This document shows, piece after piece, positions 1 to 11,897 of a DNA stretch of 64,000 nucleotides. Within the stretch, counting starts at the first letter, position 1. The number at the start of each line of letters is the position of its first letter. The notes below the pieces were generated by a model. It saw only the letters and a list, made by a program, of their open reading frames with translations. It was not told the DNA's origin and searched no databases. The position numbers and the translations under genes were made by a program. This DNA comes from Haplodiscus bocki (lineage: Eukaryota), in assembly GCA_965655095.1 (NCBI GenBank), contig OZ296659.1:76074001-76138000 (forward strand). The letters are read 5' to 3'.

Positions 1-974
1 ATATGATTGAGAATAAATTCTTTTGATAATTTTTCATTAGTATTGTGTCTATAAAATGTTATTTCAAGTCTTAATAATCCAGTATCCTTTGCTAGCATAA
101 TTGCTTTTTTAAGATTGTCATTAGGATTCGAAATATAATCTCCTATGTGAGAGCCAACTAGATCTTTGACAGAAGGGCTTTCTAAGCTTTGAACGAATTT
201 ATTATAGAATTTATATCTAATATCACCATTATTAGTATGTTTAATAAAAGTCAGACAATTTTTAGAAATCTTAAAATCGTTATCTAATATAGTATGAGTT
301 GCTAAATCAAAAGATTCTTGCATACGAAAATCACGATTTTTTAGAAGCCATGTAATAACTTGCTCTTTTTTAATTATACCACTGAAATCTTGAGTGAAAT
401 CAATATCGTTTATGAAAATATTATTGTTAGATAGGAATTTTAAATTTTCTGTGTTTGATAAAATCTCAATAACTTTATCAGATTCAAATTTATCTAAATC
501 AACTTTCAACATTTGAATATAGTCACTAGTTCGATTAATATAATTTTCGTTAACGATATATTTAATTCTAGTTGGTTTAATTTGTAGTTTGTTTATTGTA
601 AGACCGATTTGATTGAAAGCAAATTTAATATTAGCTGTTGTTTTACCGAGAAGTTCTTTAGGAATGTGTTTAATATCAATTTCTCTTTCATTATTTTCAT
701 TTAATCCGTACAGATATATTTTTTCAATTGGAGTGAAAACGATAATATTATCACAGAATAATTTATTTAATGGGTTAGTAGTCTTATTTTTATCAACTCC
801 AAGAGAATAATCTATATAAGCAAGATCACTTTTGTTTATGTGCTTGTTTAATGTCGATAGCATAGTTTCTATTTTGACATTTTTATTACCAATTGAATTA
901 AATGGAATTTTCTTATCTTCTCTAGTCATAGTTAAATTAATTTCATCGTAGATATTTTCTATAAAGCAAGCCAT
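1..974 (-). CDS. Partial ORF (>=324 aa, 3' end outside the window); putative Rep_trans-like rolling-circle initiator/relaxase of a mobile element
   Basis: Hand-translated from the ATG at 974-972; no stop codon down to position 1. Sequence: MACFIENIYDEINLTMTREDKKIPFNSIGNKNVKIETMLSTLNK...NNIFINDIDFTQDFSGIIKKEQVITWLLKNRDFRMQESFDLATHTILDNDFKISKNCLTFIKHTNNGDIRYKFYNKFVQSLESPSVKDLVGSHIGDYISNPNDNLKKAIMLAKDTGLLRLEITFYRHNTNEKLSKEFILNH. An in-frame TAA lies immediately upstream of the ATG (TATATAAATG). The ORF itself is directly visible; the product call is inferred from motifs. Confidence 0.65.
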   Translation of the reverse strand, partial: MACFIENIYDEINLTMTREDKKIPFNSIGNKNVKIETMLSTLNKHINKSDLAYIDYSLGVDKNKTTNPLNKLFCDNIIVFTPIEKIYLYGLNENNEREIDIKHIPKELLGKTTANIKFAFNQIGLTINKLQIKPTRIKYIVNENYINRTSDYIQMLKVDLDKFESDKVIEILSNTENLKFLSNNNIFINDIDFTQDFSGIIKKEQVITWLLKNRDFRMQESFDLATHTILDNDFKISKNCLTFIKHTNNGDIRYKFYNKFVQSLESPSVKDLVGSHIGDYISNPNDNLKKAIMLAKDTGLLRLEITFYRHNTNEKLSKEFILNH

Positions 975-1283
975 TTATATAGTATAAAAAGTTTCAAATA
1001 AATATAAAAATCTACTTAAATTTCGAATTGTTTCTTCTAAGATTATTTAAAAGAGTTTGAGATTTTAAATGATTTTCATAATATTTTTCTATACAAAATT
1101 TATCGCAAATGTCACAATAAATTCTATACGAATCATCTTCTGGACAATATATAGCCTCCATTTATTTTGATAAGATCATTTCATTATTATACTCATATAC
1201 AAGTATGTATACTAAATATAATTACATATATAAGAGTAAAATAGAAATAATATACTAAATATAATTATTCTTCTAAATATATC

Positions 1284-1456
1284 AATATCAATGATAAAAT
1301 ATGATATGTTCACTTATAAGCCACTGATAATGTATACTATCATATTTAAATTTACATCTATATAACATTGGTTGTTTTATTTATTCTGATAAGACCATTT
1401 CAATATCAATGATAAAATATGATATATTATCTTATAAATCACTGATAATGTATACA
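1284..1456. repeat. Two diverged ~55-bp direct repeats (period ~117 bp) in the AT-rich region upstream of the edge ORF
   Basis: caatatcaatgataaaatatgatat...cactgataatgtatac at ~1284-1338 and ~1401-1456. Confidence 0.8.
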
Positions 1457-1715
1457 ATCACGATTAAATTACATTGCTCTTCGTTATCATTGATTCGTTT
1501 TGTCGTCTATTTTATTAAAGTAGATTTCTTATAGCGTAGATAATGCTCGCTTAACCCCCCTTATGTGCATAATCCATTTCATTTTGCATGTCGCCAATGG
1601 TATTCTTATAATAATCCAGGTATACTTACATGAATAAATATACAAATACTAGTATAATTATTTATATATTTGTATGAATAATACTTTGTATACTTGTATT
1701 AATAAGTATAATTTT

Positions 1716-2330
1716 AATTTCTCGAAAATGATAACAGACACAAAGCTGAAAATTTCAACGTACACTAATATTTCAACGAGCTTTCGAATGATATATCACA
1801 CTTTTTTGTATCTTAAAATTTTACAATCTCTACATGTTTAAGGATGTCGACATATACTGATTTTATCAATTTTCTCGAAGATTATAATAGATACAAAGTT
1901 GAAATTTTCAGCGTATACTTACTTTTTAACGAGCTATCCAATGACATATCATTTGTATTTGTAGCTTAAAAATTTATAATCTCTACATGTTTAAGGATGA
2001 CGTCATTTTGGGTTTTTGCCAATTTTCTCGAAGATGGTAATAGATACAAAGTTGAAAATTTCAGCGTATAAATAACTTTTAACAAGCTATCGAATGGTAT
2101 ATCATTTGTATATGTAGCTTAGAATTTTATAATCTCTACATGTTTAAGGATGTCGACATATGCTGTTTTTGTCAATTTTCTCGAAGATGGTAATAGATAC
2201 AAAGTTGAAATTTTCAGAGTATACATAACTTTTAACGGGCTATCCAACGACATATCATTTGTATTTGTAGCTTAAAATTTTATAATCTCTACATGTTTAA
2301 GCTATGTTGTCATAGTATGTGCATTTCTCA
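1716..2330. repeat. Tandem array of four ~152-bp units
   Basis: Units begin aatt(t)tctcgaa at ~1716, 1868, 2021 and 2174. Each contains a (ga)tacaaagttgaaa-like block, an agct(a/t)tc(c/g)aa..ata(t)atca block and aatctctacatgtttaag. Confidence 0.92.
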
Positions 2331-2779
2331 GAAATCCTCTTTATCGCTTTAGACAAAAATAACCACTGGCCAACTTTCGTGTCGAGCTTTTCAGCCGTCT
2401 AGCGACGGAGCATTCCTGGTGTTTATTCCCGTCGATCAATTCTACTCTTTCAAGCTTCGTGACGTGGACAGTTCCTCCATATAGTTTTTGCGCGTGATGT
2501 TACAAAGACAGTGGGACGTTGGTTAGTCGTGAACCACAAACACGACGACTATGCAAGCACAGCCTTAACTTTTGTCAATGTAACAAATACCACTAGGCTA
2601 TACGGAGGCGATGAATAAAAGGAAATGCTTGTTTTTGTATACATGTTTTTTAAACGTAAAAATACACGTGCAAGTTCATTTCACCATTGCTTTACAATTA
2701 TTTGTTTACGTAAATGTGGAATTATATGTACACACTTTCATGTATTGGAGAAAAAAAAGGCGAAGCTCGATAGAGCTGA

Positions 2780-2891
2780 GCAATAATATAAGTGACCGGA
2801 GCGCAGCGTAGGGAACGGGTATATTGTCGGATTCGCTACTAGGTGAGCGCAGCGAGGCTAGTGGCAAATCCGCAATATACTATATTATTGC
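2780..2891. repeat. Nested palindrome with GAGCGCAGCG loops (MITE-like, possibly Crypton-type)
   Basis: Perfect 11-bp outer inverted repeat gcaataatata (2780-2790) / tatattattgc (2881-2891). Inner imperfect stem gtatattgtcggattcgctactag / ctagtggcaaatccgcaatatac around the loop gtgagcgcagcgagg. gagcgcagcg occurs twice. Confidence 0.7.
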
Positions 2892-3164
2892 CGTCATCCT
2901 GGCATATTCATGATAATGTTTCGCCATTATCACGATAAAATGATGGGAAAACCCATAGCATGGCATCCATGTTGTTCGAATTTGGGTGTAGTTTGCTGTG
3001 TCTGCTTTGTAGTTAATCCAATTGCGTATCTCTTTGGAAACATTAACTGGAATGTTGAATGAAAGATTTATTGATCGTTTCGTGCTATTTTTTAACAATT
3101 TTGCGAACCCTTAATAACTTGAGGAATCAAGTATATTTTTTTGTATACAGGATGCTTTTATTAT

Positions 3165-3640
3165 TTTTCGCCCATATTTGTAATATGGAAGGAAAATAAT
3201 CCACTCAACGCGCAAACTTTTTTTCATCAAGTTGCCAATTGCTATTGTTCAACCGAAATGTCCGATGCTGACTGTGCAATTTTTTTAATCACAAGATGAT
3301 AGCAAATTCGCCGTCGAACGCCTGCAATAGAAAGATTTCCAAAAACGTACGAAATTTGGGGTTTTGGAAAAAAAACATCATTTTTTTCCAAAATCGTTAA
3401 ATGGAGCAAATTTGCAGTAGAATTAGTACAACATGATATTATTTCTCATAAATGAATGTTTGTTTTCCACGTTAATAGAGTTTTTTGCAAAAATTGAGAA
3501 CTTTTTTTTCAAATTGGAAAAATTAGAAAATTTGCTGAATAAAGAGTATGTATCAGAAAAACGCTTTAAACCTTCTAAAAAGCATCTTTATAAAAGTTGG
3601 AGGGCCGAAAAAATGCCGGTGTTAGCCGGCCGTCTTGTTA
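3165..3640 (+). mobile_element. Non-autonomous Helitron/Helentron-like interspersed repeat, copy 1
   Basis: Shares blocks with 4330-4826 and 60870-61696 (aatatggaag.aaaat.atccactcaa; aagatttc.aaaa; aatttgc.gtagaa). Ends in a GC hairpin gccggtgttagccggc followed by cgtcttgtt. Confidence 0.6.
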
Positions 3641-4164
3641 ATTATATAGCAATCGAACATCAGAAATAGCAAACAAAGTCATCGGAACTGAAGTGATCCT
3701 GTGAATTACTTTAGATCACTGATGAATGCAAGACACTCTTTCAAAAATTTAAAAACAAAAAAAGTGAGAGTGGGAAAATTCTTAGTCATGCGAGCTGTCG
3801 ACTGACTGAATCAGCAGTGGAGATTTGAGATCTTGCTGTTGTATGAAAAGTAACGTGCAAGTAATATCAACTTCCGGGACTTTTTGCTCATATAAAGACA
3901 TCTGGTCGGTGCGGCCACAAACTGGACTCATCAATTGAGGGTGAAAACTAGGGTTGGCAGAACATGCTGCATAGGTTTTTCAAAATCTTGTGTTTCAAAC
4001 ATTGTACAATGAAAAGAATGAATGTTCAAATATGAAATGAACACTTGACTCTGGCCGAAAGTCACTTCGTTGCGATAAATGTCATGAAAGTTTTTGTATT
4101 AAGCACCTTCAAATACCACTCCGAATTTCTTTCTTTGATTTTCATGCCTCAGGGGTTGTGCTTG

Positions 4165-4826
4165 CTGGTCCTAATGTTGTTCTTAATCATATTGTTCTAT
4201 GCGTAGATATATTTTATATTGTGTTTGTTGTCGTTGTTCTAGTAGCTGTTGTTGTAAATGTTGTTGTAGTTATTGCTATTCTTGTTGTTGTTGCTGTTGT
4301 TTTTCTTGTTGATCCTTTTTCATTTAATTTTTCCGCCCATTTTTACAATATGGAAGCAAAATCATCCACTCAAAGCGGTGCGTTTTTTAACGTTTATTTT
4401 CCATTGGTCCGGACAAAACGGAAGAATGCCCAGATTCTGCATTTGAATTCTTTAAACCATAATTTAGCAAATTTGACGTAGAATGCGACTGAACTAGTAA
4501 GATTTCTCAAAACCTACAAAAATTGGGGTTTTTTGAAGCAATAGATGGGTTTTTCGAAAAAGACTTGATTTTTTTTTCAAAATTGTTAGAAGTGAAAATT
4601 TTGCTGTAGAATACATATCAAGTTATGTTAATTCTTAAAAATGTTGTTTTTTCAATCTCAGTAGAGATTTTTTTTGCAGCAATCAGAAAAATTTTAAATT
4701 TGAAAAAATTATCAAAATCTGCAGAAGATGGTATTTTTTGGAAAAAAACGCTTGTATCCTTCTGAAAGGTATCTTTAGCTGAGTTAAACGACAAAAATTA
4801 AGCTGGTGGTGTCCTGGCGTCTTGTT
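4165..4826 (+). mobile_element. Helitron/Helentron-like repeat, copy 2, with a 5' (GTT)n-like microsatellite
   Basis: Degenerate (gtt)n tract at ~4225-4310, then a body similar to copy 1, ending gctggtggtgtcctggcgtcttgtt. Confidence 0.55.
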
Positions 4827-7800
4827 GCCGTTCATTCATTGAGTCCTTTATGAAACGGTGCCGAAGTTAACTACCAAGTACAAGGTCGTTAGGCCGAAAA
4901 TGGGTAATGTAAATTAGAAAACTTTACAGATTCTCAGTCGAATATTCTTCCTGGCGTCAACAACGCGCCCGTGTTGACCATATGACGTAATTGAAATGGT
5001 GGTTTTTTAGGCGACCGTAGAGAAAGCGGAGCGAAGCCTCTTTAGTGTCAAAAGAAACTTCTATATTTTTTTACGTTCCACTTTCAAGCCATTTTTTTGT
5101 TCAGAGCTCAATAACTCTTTATCTAATAAAAAGATTTTTCTGATTTTTGGGAACACTTTACGATAGTCTTTTCTTTATTTTGTTACAAACTAACTTCTAG
5201 TTGCGGTGCGACAATTTTTTTGATAGGCTTTTTTGTGAAAGAAACTTGAAAAAAGAGGCCACTTTTGCTATTTTGACGATATTTGGCACATAGGAAGTTG
5301 TTTAATTTTGCATTAAGCGCTCAAAATCCTATAAATTTTGCCCTTTCCTAATGAGGAGACTTTCGTCTATGACTCACTGAAAATTGATTGCAGTCACATA
5401 CTTTTACAATTGAATTTTCTCCAAAAAAAACTTGAAAATCAAGCTAATCTTGGGTATTATGAAAATTTTCCGGAGTTGTGAGCTTAAAATTTTGTACCGT
5501 GGCATCTTGGTCTTCAAATTACTCTATTTTGCTAAAGAACTGACAAATTTAAAAAACCTGTCAGAAACTATTGTTTATTCACGCTGTTTTTCTTGTGGTT
5601 GCTTCATCATCTAGAGCTTCACATCGCGTGAAATTTGCACAAGCTCAACCGAAAGGCTTTGCTTTACCAACTTTTGATTTTTGGTTGCTGGGTCACAAAT
5701 TCTTGAACAGTTGTTATTTCATAAAGCTTGAAAATTGTGGTTTCTGTGGTTTTCCCGAAGATATTTGTCCATTCGGGGTGTTTCATATTGGCACCAAAGT
5801 CTTCAAGTTACTTGAATTTTGTATAACGATACGATAACAAACAGACTCCAATCTATCAAATAAAAAATTTTCGTTTTGGTTTCAGTGTTTTTTTGCCGAA
5901 ATTTCTTGAAATTCGTGCTTTTTTCGAAAAGTTCCCAGATTTTGCGCGCAACATTTTACTTGCGATCTTAAATTTTTCGATAGTTTATTTTGCAAAAAAA
6001 ATGAAAATCGTTATATTTTGAATACTTTCTAAAATCTTAGGTCTGTGTCAAATCCTTGAGGCATCGAAGTGTCAGTTAAATTGTGATGGCATATTTTCCT
6101 TGCTTTTTTAAGAAGCTCTTGCCACGAGCCCAGCCTACGCCTTTGAAGTTTGTTTTTTTTTCAAAATCTAGAATACCTGTGTCACATGCATTGCTCTAAA
6201 ACTGCTCAGTTACAGGAGAGTGAAAACATGAGTGTTGCTGACGATCTTCAGTTAAGTTTCGAGGTAAATTATAAATAAATAAAATTTATTGAATATCTTG
6301 ACTGCAATTCTTTGGAGTATCACCTTCGAAAATCCAAAACTTGAAAGAGATCGGTTCTGTTTGCAACAAGTCTTGCACCGTGTATAGTCATCGGTTAACT
6401 TCTCGATATGGTATTCAAGAAGAAAACAGCAAAGGGGGGAAATATATGTCCATTTGGATGACACTGCATTGTTCAATACAATTCAATAGCTCGGCCAATC
6501 ATCCGCTCAATCCTCTGGACGCAACTTCGTGCGAACAAGACGGAAAGAAGCGACTGTAAGCTTCGAGAGGTATCGGAAACGAGCCAACTACTTTCCCACG
6601 GAAAAACAGAAAATTGTACTTTTATCACGGGTTTCTATTTTCAAAGGCATGCCTTGACCGCTGAACGCTTGAATTTCAATAGACCTCTTAAATCTGGTTC
6701 ATGCGTTGAGTCACTAATGTTCATTGGAAGGTTCCAGAATTGCCAGATTTTTCGAATTTAATATTTTAAAGCATTAACCAATTCTCCAAAAAATTCGGCA
6801 TAAACAAATTCGGTCTTTCTGTTTGGCTCAAACTGCTGAGCAAATGTGTAAGAAATCTTTCAGAACGTTGATGCGCCTCGCGTTCTTTATTCTCATCATA
6901 CCGCATTTTAGGAGGTTTTGGCGCATACGGTCAGCTAAAGCTATGAAAAACACCAATATCATTTGCAATACAAAAAATACCGCCAAAAAACGAGAAAAAA
7001 ACACGAAAACTCCAATCTTCATCGGGAGATTTTTCTTGTAAATATTGCGCAATAAGCTATGAAATTTTTGACAACTTTCATCAATAACTTTTGCTAGATG
7101 AAGTTTTTTTACTTCTGGAGATTAGAATTTTAGACATGAGATTTGTAATGACATAGACAAAATATGCAGAATAATTGATAGGAGCCTAATCAAGTAAATA
7201 TTTCATTTTTATAGTTTTTCTTTCAACCGCACCTTTCATTTATTAACTGATTTAGCGAATTCGCAAGAGACTATTGCTGATAATACCTCATTCTAGGACT
7301 TTCGAGAATTATTGCTATCACCTAATTTTATCTTTTGCAATATCTATGGTATCTAGTTGTTTGTTCACTGCGCATTTCATTGAAAACGCCTATTAGGGCT
7401 ACTTTTGAATTCGGGGTGGAATTGCTGCTGTGGGGTGAAATGTAGCAGGGTTTAATGCACTGGTGTTAAATGTACTGAAGTTAAGTTTACCGGGCTAAGT
7501 CTTCAGGCTTAATGTCTTGACACCAATGACGTGCTGACAAAAACTTCTTGAAAATTTTAAGAGCAATTGATAAACAAACGTTTTAGAATCCGATGACAAT
7601 GTGAAACGTTTTGAGACTAGTATGTTTTGAGATTTTTAAAAATGTTTCACTGTGACATAACAGAATGCCGTCATTTAATTTTAATATAATAACAAGTTAC
7701 ACCCACCATTTTATAAATTCCATTTTGCACCATAACTTTAGCATTGTACACTTCTGTAAAAATACATTACAAGTCAAAATCTGCTCACTAAAAGTCAACT

Positions 7801-8637
7801 ACGCCAATCTCCAAGCTTAAATAAAATCTTGTTAAGTTTTTGACACGAAAACATAAGGGTCAAATTCAATCTATTGGTGAAATCAACAATATTAAATATG
7901 AAATTTTTCAAGAAATGACACCTAAACTAACATGATCATATGCTTTCAAAAATAGGGTGACGTTTTTGAGCGGGTGAATGTCCTTAAATATGAGTTCTTG
8001 TTAGTTTTCATTAACTACATTGCTGTATATATATTTCAGTCGGCTCTTGTAATATAAAGGTGCCCTAGTATTCTTGCATTGACTTTTTTCGCAAACCACT
8101 GCAAAAGAGTTAAAAAGTCCCTCGTTTTTGTGAATATATATGTGTTGCAGAAACGTTGTGGGCAGAAATTTGGGTTCAGATGAGGCGCAAAGTTTCGAAC
8201 ACGATTTCTCAGAAATGCCATGATATGACAAATTCACTATTCGACCTACAAAACGTGTCAGAGCAAAGACGAGATCAAACAACACCACGAAACCTACACT
8301 TACTGTTGCAGTACAGTATCGCAATGAGGCCTACAGCCCAAAATCGTACGTAGAGATCTCTGCAAGCCCAGTGTTCTCAGAACAATCGCTCGAAGTCTGG
8401 ATGCTTCCGGGTTTTGACACTTTAACTAAAACTCTGCTATTTTGAGGTGATAATTTGTATTTAGTCTGCATGAAAATTTAACGTGTGCGATGATATAATT
8501 AAATTTACGCTTCAATCACTCCAGTTGGACGAGAACTTCCATTGCAAGACGTCTAGGTCTGGGTTTGTAGGCTTAGTATAGGACGTTCGAACATGCCATT
8601 CCACAATAACATATCCATCCATGTCTTAATGTCATGA

Positions 8638-9300
8638 TGTCGGGCGAGGTATTGGCTGCGTTAAAACTAGCACTTGTTCCTGCCCTTGGGAATGTTTGAG
8701 CGGTCAGCAGTGGGCATTCCCTGAATCACCCGAGTCAAGTCCTTCAGCTGTTTAGTCAAGGGAGCAAAATGTTTCCTTATCTGCTCGTCGATTTCTTCCT
8801 GAGTTCGGATGTGTGCTTCGGATTCATTATTAACGTTTATCTCGGGTTGGAAGATGGGCTCATGATGAGATTGGCTTCAGAATTATTGCTTTTCATGCTA
8901 ATGTCAGTTACTGTATCTTATTTCTTTCCATTTCTTAATTCTTGGACCGTTTCAAAAATTGGCATTCAAGTTTCAAGACTTGAATTAGTTAGATGAATTT
9001 AGATTGAGTTTAAGGGTGTGTAAAATGTGATCTAAATATATGGTTCGGTGTACAAGGACGAATTTATCAAAGACGGAGATCAACGAAGGTAGTAAGTGTG
9101 AGGTTTTTAAACTGTGGATGGCAGTGGGAATGACCCTGCGAGTAGTTCCAAATCTTCTGATTATGCTAAATTTGCGTCGGCTCTGGGTGAATTGGCGTGG
9201 TCACGTGACCGATAGTAAGACGCATTTCCTACCATCAGCCAATTGTCCTTGGCTTGATAGTTGCCACGCTACTTAGCTAACTATTTAGGGTGTTAACGCA
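8638..9300 (-). mobile_element. Probable solo or decayed Gypsy-type LTR containing the start of a gag-like frame
   Basis: Minus strand ends ...cctcgcccgaca. Decayed coiled-coil frame NNESEAHIRTQEEIDEQIRKHFAPLTKQLKDLTRVIQGM. ggtcacgtgacc E-box near 9200. No partner LTR in the window. Confidence 0.35.
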
Positions 9301-10829
9301 AATTCGATGCAAGCGTGATAGCAAAAATCGTGCAGCATGACGTTTATGCAATTTTAGCGCAATGAGTTCCCAGAAGACCAATATAGGGTAATGTGAAAAA
9401 ATTATAATACGGACAACTGTAAAATAATTGTTTGGTTCGATTGCCCGATGACTGTAACGTGTTTTACTGCTTTCAGGATGGTCGTGGCTTTGCATTTTGT
9501 TCGTTTCAGGTGGTTTTAATTTTTACTGGAATTCATCTTGTTGATCGATTATAATATTCTGAAGTGCTTTTTTTGTTATTCCATCGCAGGTTAAGGTCTG
9601 TTTCTTTACTTACATGACGTCCGATATAATTCAATATTGATGCTGCTTAGTTCTTTCAGTGATTTGGCAGCTGGTGCGTTTTGGCAGCTAGGCGTTTAAA
9701 ATCGTAATCGACAGTATACTTGTTGGAAATTGATAAATTATAAACTGATCTTTTCAGATTGGGTTGTGGTTTTTATCCCTTGGATGCAAACCGAAGAAAT
9801 TTCGATTAGCGTAAAATTGTTAATCAGTGTGGTTTTCGTTCTTCCGATGAATACCGGTGAGCTCGAAATTCAATTTAGCTGTCAATTTTGAAGGTTTGCA
9901 TTACGTGGTTGAAATTTGATGAATTTTCAAATCTTTGCTACATTTCTCTGGGTAGTTTACTCCGCTCAGAAATAAACCGATGAATTTTGTATTGACCAAT
10001 AATCTGTTCTACCATTGTTTGTATAATCATGGATGTTCGTTTTTCATTGAGAGCTATTTTTTTTCTTTTACACAAAAAAACAATGGGATGAAAACATAAG
10101 ACGGATGTTTCCCAATGAAAATATATTGCGTCTCATTCATGGTTTCGTCTGTCGGGCCGCTAGAGAGGTCTCTTGTAGTCGTTCAGGGTTCCGGCTGCAG
10201 CTTACCGGGGTCTTTTTTCGTGTATCAGAAAAATAAGTTTTCTTTCGTTCATCGGATTATGTTTTTTTCACGGATATGTTCCAGCACTTTGGTGTTCGAT
10301 GGATAAACATAGTTTTATAAGCCCAGCAATATTTTCTAGGTGATACATATGGTTGTTTGAATAATACAGAGTCTCATCCATACCGTAGGAGAGTAAAAGT
10401 ACATAGTTGCATTTATACATTTATGGGATTTGTGGCTACAAAACTTGCATTAAGATATTAGAAAAAATTTTGACCTGATACATATGTAACATAAAGTGTT
10501 TTTAAGGATATGTTGAGATCTCATATTTCCTTCATGATATCAAGGACGTAGGAATTTTTCCGTAGTTTAGTGCCTGATATCTCGTAGTTACTGTCCCTCA
10601 AAGTATTTTTACTGCAGTGTAACATTCGTCTTTTTATATTGGTATTTTTTTACGAAAACGAAGTTTATTTTTCAGTTGACCAAATTCGAAGCATTTTCAG
10701 AAACTTCAAACTTTGCAAAATGATTCAAAAGGCGGAAGTCCAATGTTGAATGCAAGAAGACTCTTTGACGGTCAAGTCGACTTACATCGAGAACTTACAG
10801 ACTGCATTTTGCCAACAGTTTAGAAGCAA

Positions 10830-11897
10830 GTTGTTGTTTTTGTTGTAGCTGTTGAGAAGATTAGTTGTCTGGGATGAGATTGAGGAACTGGGCCGCTTCT
10901 ATCGGGTTCTCCCACAAACTGGTCGCCTCCAGAGTGGTCAGCCTTTGTGGGTAACTGAATAGGTGAGCTGTGTCATGAGGTTGGGATTCGCAGAGGGGGC
11001 ACTCATTCTTGACACTCGGGTCCAATCGGCTCATGTACGAGGTCAAAAGAGGACAGTAGCCGCTTCGGAGCTGCGCCAGGGTTGTTCTGGTGCTTCGTGG
11101 TAGTCTCTGCTCGTCAGGGCTGATTACTGGAGGTATCCTCTGCAAAACCTTGTTATGTTCGTATCCATTGATGGTGTTGCTCACTGCGGTTGTATGAATC
11201 GACTTGATGCCACTTTTGTACCATCCTCCGGTGTTTGTCAGTAGTGGCTCGGTTGAGTCTTGGTGGCAGCTGATTAGGGTCGGCTTCATGAGTCTTTGAG
11301 GTGGGTCCGTGTGGTTCCTTTGTCGGTTAGGGTGGTTCGTCTGGTGAGTTTGGATGAAGAACTGTCTGGAGAGCATCGTATTGTGTTCTTTCACTGGTAG
11401 GAGTTTCGTCTCGCGGTGAAGCTCATCTTGGTGCATCCAGTGATGACGCGTAAAGATGAGTTCTGAGCCGCCTGCTGCTTGCTCCAGTGAGTGTCACGAA
11501 GTGCTGGTGACCAGATTGGGGCGGCATAGTTGACAACAGGCCGTGAGATGGCCTTGTAGGTCATTTTGAGGAGCTCCTTGTCTTTTCCCCAGCTCGAACC
11601 AGCAGGAGCCTTCAGCACGGAGTTCCGTTTCCTTATTTTGTTGAGAGTGTTGTTGGAGTGGGCGTTGAATGTGTGAAGGCTGTCCAGGGTGACTCCCAGT
11701 ATCTTCGGGTTCTTCGTGGTCGGTACTGTATGCTGTCCGATTTTAATCGGCAGTGACAAGCTCACTTCCTGATTGAAGGTGGTGAAGACTGTTGCCGTGG
11801 ACTTGCCAGGAGAGAGCTCCAGATCGTGCTCCTCAAGCCACTCAAGCAGGGTAGTCAGGTAGCTGTTCAACTTCTCATAAATCGGGGGAATACGACG
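10830..11897 (-). mobile_element. 5'-truncated non-LTR retrotransposon (LINE; I/Ingi-like group, clade uncertain): RT C-terminus plus C-terminal Cys/His motif, one frameshift
   Basis: ORFs 11391-11870 (ELSPGKSTATVF, PKILGVTLD, GSSWGKDKE, NYAAPIW) and 10861-11436 (TLAQLRSGY...CPLC...HDTAHLF) overlap across a frameshift. Very short 3' UTR followed by a (CAA)n-like tail at ~10830-10846. GC content is clearly higher than in the flanks. Confidence 0.9.

Noticed and set aside
613-810. Plus-strand 65-aa ORF in the track
   Set aside because: Shadow of the long minus-strand ORF 974-1
1551-1560. TTAACCC as a piggyBac terminus
   Set aside because: No matching GGGTTAA end or piggyBac transposase found nearby
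4158-4481. Val-rich 107-aa membrane-like ORF
   Set aside because: Translation of a (GTT)n microsatellite within a repeat
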